Virus record (IMG/VR): IMGVR_UViG_3300021256_000005
Origin: a virus
Reading direction: 5' to 3' (one strand)
DNA length: 64,000 nt
Part shown: positions 62,681-64,000 of the stretch, one piece after another
How the letters are laid out: every line of letters starts with the position of its first letter
How positions within the stretch are numbered: the first letter of the stretch is position 1
Notes under the pieces: generated by a model
Databases searched by the model: none
The model's input: only the letters and a program-made list of their open reading frames with translations
Told to the model about the DNA's origin: nothing
Program-made: the position numbers and the translations under genes

Positions 62681-62800
62681 ATGCATCATTATATGACAAA
62701 ATATATTGCCAACAACAAACAGTATGTAACTTCTTGGTTTCAGATTAACGTGTTCGGTAAACCTTTTTGTTTTTCCAAACGTACAGTAGTCGTAGATTAG
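62681..62800 (+). CDS. small hypothetical protein (39 aa)
   Basis: My own reading: AAAGGAG 7 nt upstream of the ATG. Its stop overlaps the SD of the next gene. Translates MHHYMTKYIANNKQYVTSWFQINVFGKPFCFSKRTVVVD. Confidence 0.3.
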   Translation: MHHYMTKYIANNKQYVTSWFQINVFGKPFCFSKRTVVVD

Positions 62801-62810
62801 GAGAATTTCA

Positions 62811-63347
62811 ATGCATAATGTTTTTTGTTTCATCGGAAAGTCTGGGAGTGGTAAAACCACCGTAGCAGAAGAATTAAGTCAGTATGGATATAAACAGTTA
62901 ATTTCATATACCACAAGAAAACAGCGTAATCCGAATGATAATAGTCACATTTTTGTATCGCAGGAAGAATATGATGCGATTCCGTCAAAAGATAAATGCG
63001 CAGAGGTGTGTTTCGATGGTAATTGGTATTGTGCTACAGTTAAACAGTTATTAAATTGTGATATATACGTGGTTGACCCGATTGGGTTTCAGCGATTAAA
63101 AACATATGTTACAGATAACAAAATTCCTGTCAGACTACATTCCGTCCTGTTTGATGTTCCAACGCAGATTTGTATTCAGCGCATGAAAATTCGTGGTGAT
63201 TCACTCGACATGATTGAACAGCGAGTTGAACATGATAAGAAAGTCTTTGAGCCAGATTTAAAGTATCGAGTGAACTTTGCCGTGAATGGTACGATTATGT
63301 CAGTCACTCAGCAGTTAAGAATGATTATGGAGTTGTTTGATGCATAG
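62811..63347 (+). CDS. guanylate-kinase-like / dNMP kinase
   Basis: P-loop FIGKSGSGKTTVAEEL, followed by SYTTRKQR (the guanylate kinase TTR..R block). Confidence 0.6.
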   Translation: MHNVFCFIGKSGSGKTTVAEELSQYGYKQLISYTTRKQRNPNDNSHIFVSQEEYDAIPSKDKCAEVCFDGNWYCATVKQLLNCDIYVVDPIGFQRLKTYVTDNKIPVRLHSVLFDVPTQICIQRMKIRGDSLDMIEQRVEHDKKVFEPDLKYRVNFAVNGTIMSVTQQLRMIMELFDA

Positions 63348-63774
63348 AACAAAAAGAATTTATTTGGCGGGCGGTATTCAGAAATTTTTCGATAATGACA
63401 AAATGACAGAAGCAAAAACTTGGCGAGAAGAAATTGCGGAATTATATAAAGATAATGACGAGATTCAGATTATTGATCCAGTAAAATTGTTTGAGTTTCG
63501 TAATGATTATTCGCTTGGTAAAGAACGTATAATCTTAGAGCAGGAGTTTGAACTGATACAAGAATCAGATCTTGTAGTGGCATATTTTAATGATCCTAAG
63601 TCGTTAGGAACAATGTCTGAAATTACTGCGGCATATGTTTATGGCGTTCCTGTAGTTGGAGTTACGAATAATATTTATGCGTGCGTGAGTCTACACACAT
63701 GGCAGAAACTTTTGTGTAAGTATTTAGTCTATTGGGATGAAGTTAAGGATGTAATTGATTATGCGATTAAGTAA
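63337..63774 (+). CDS. nucleoside 2-deoxyribosyltransferase-like protein
   Basis: IYLAGGI near the N-terminus and LGTMSEITAAYVYGVPVVGV (family G..E...A...G.PV block). Confidence 0.5.
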   Translation: MMHRTKRIYLAGGIQKFFDNDKMTEAKTWREEIAELYKDNDEIQIIDPVKLFEFRNDYSLGKERIILEQEFELIQESDLVVAYFNDPKSLGTMSEITAAYVYGVPVVGVTNNIYACVSLHTWQKLLCKYLVYWDEVKDVIDYAIK

Positions 63775-63858
63775 AACAGAAATTTATTATTGAGTGTCGT
63801 TCAATTATAGCAGTACCATTTCTTAGATGAATGGTATAGCACAGTATGGAGGTATTAT

Positions 63859-64000
63859 ATGCCAGATATTACAATGTGTATTTCAGAAATGTGTCCAAGA
63901 AAGCATAGATGTTTTCGTCATGAAGCACAGCCAAAAGAGCGTTGGCAGTTTTATTCTGATCGTCGTCTATACGGATGTAGGAAACTTAGTGGTTACAAAG
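63859..64000 (+). CDS. small Cys-rich protein, paralog family C (truncated by window end)
   Basis: SD GGAGG. MPDITMCISEMCPRKHRCFRHEAQPKERWQFYSD.. matches 41020..41202. Confidence 0.6.
   Translation, partial: MPDITMCISEMCPRKHRCFRHEAQPKERWQFYSDRRLYGCRKLSGYK

Overview
The window looks like one contiguous piece of a tailed dsDNA phage genome. It is low in G+C and most genes have strong AGGAG-type Shine-Dalgarno sites, so I infer a Gram-positive (Bacillota) host. Standard code 11 fits, and all three stop codons are used.

Two gene arms diverge from a 4.9-kb region with no credible protein genes (20565-25447).

- Leftward arm (1-20564, all minus strand): UvrD-like helicase, a YonO/RdRP-like single-subunit two-barrel RNA polymerase (DFDGD motif), an HU-like protein, a NifS/IscS-like cysteine desulfurase and a metallophosphoesterase. 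These are followed by a 0.6-kb structured spacer and then the packaging and head genes: TerS candidate, TerL, portal, protease/scaffold, decoration-like protein, major capsid and connector-region genes.
- Rightward arm (25448-64000, all plus strand): starts with about 35 mostly small early genes. Recognisable ones are a DUF262/ParB-like protein, ArdC-like antirestriction protein, zinc peptidase-like protein, XRE HTH, a DGFHR ParB/DndB-like protein, a tyrosine recombinase, a pentapeptide-repeat protein and a frame-split PAPS-reductase/DndC-like PP-loop gene. Next comes an RNA-repair pair (P-loop kinase+HD, RNA ligase) beside tRNA-Gln(UUG). The replication module follows: SSB-like, AAA_24/Sak4-like ATPase, DnaB-like helicase, DnaG-like primase, Cas4-like nuclease, DnaE-type Pol III alpha and an ERCC4-like nuclease. 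The arm ends with a lysin candidate and a nucleotide-metabolism cluster (ThyX-like, guanylate-kinase-like, deoxyribosyltransferase-like).

The most unusual feature is the central ORF desert. It contains TA microsatellite-like DNA with three GC-rich multi-hairpin islands. It also holds a repeated ~20-bp palindrome-core element in convergent orientation and a GTTACTWATT iteron cluster. A >2-kb tract is almost devoid of C on the plus strand. At the right edge, a near-consensus promoter is followed by a ~600-nt visibly structured leader or ncRNA.

All functional calls come from motifs I recognised by eye. No database searches were run.
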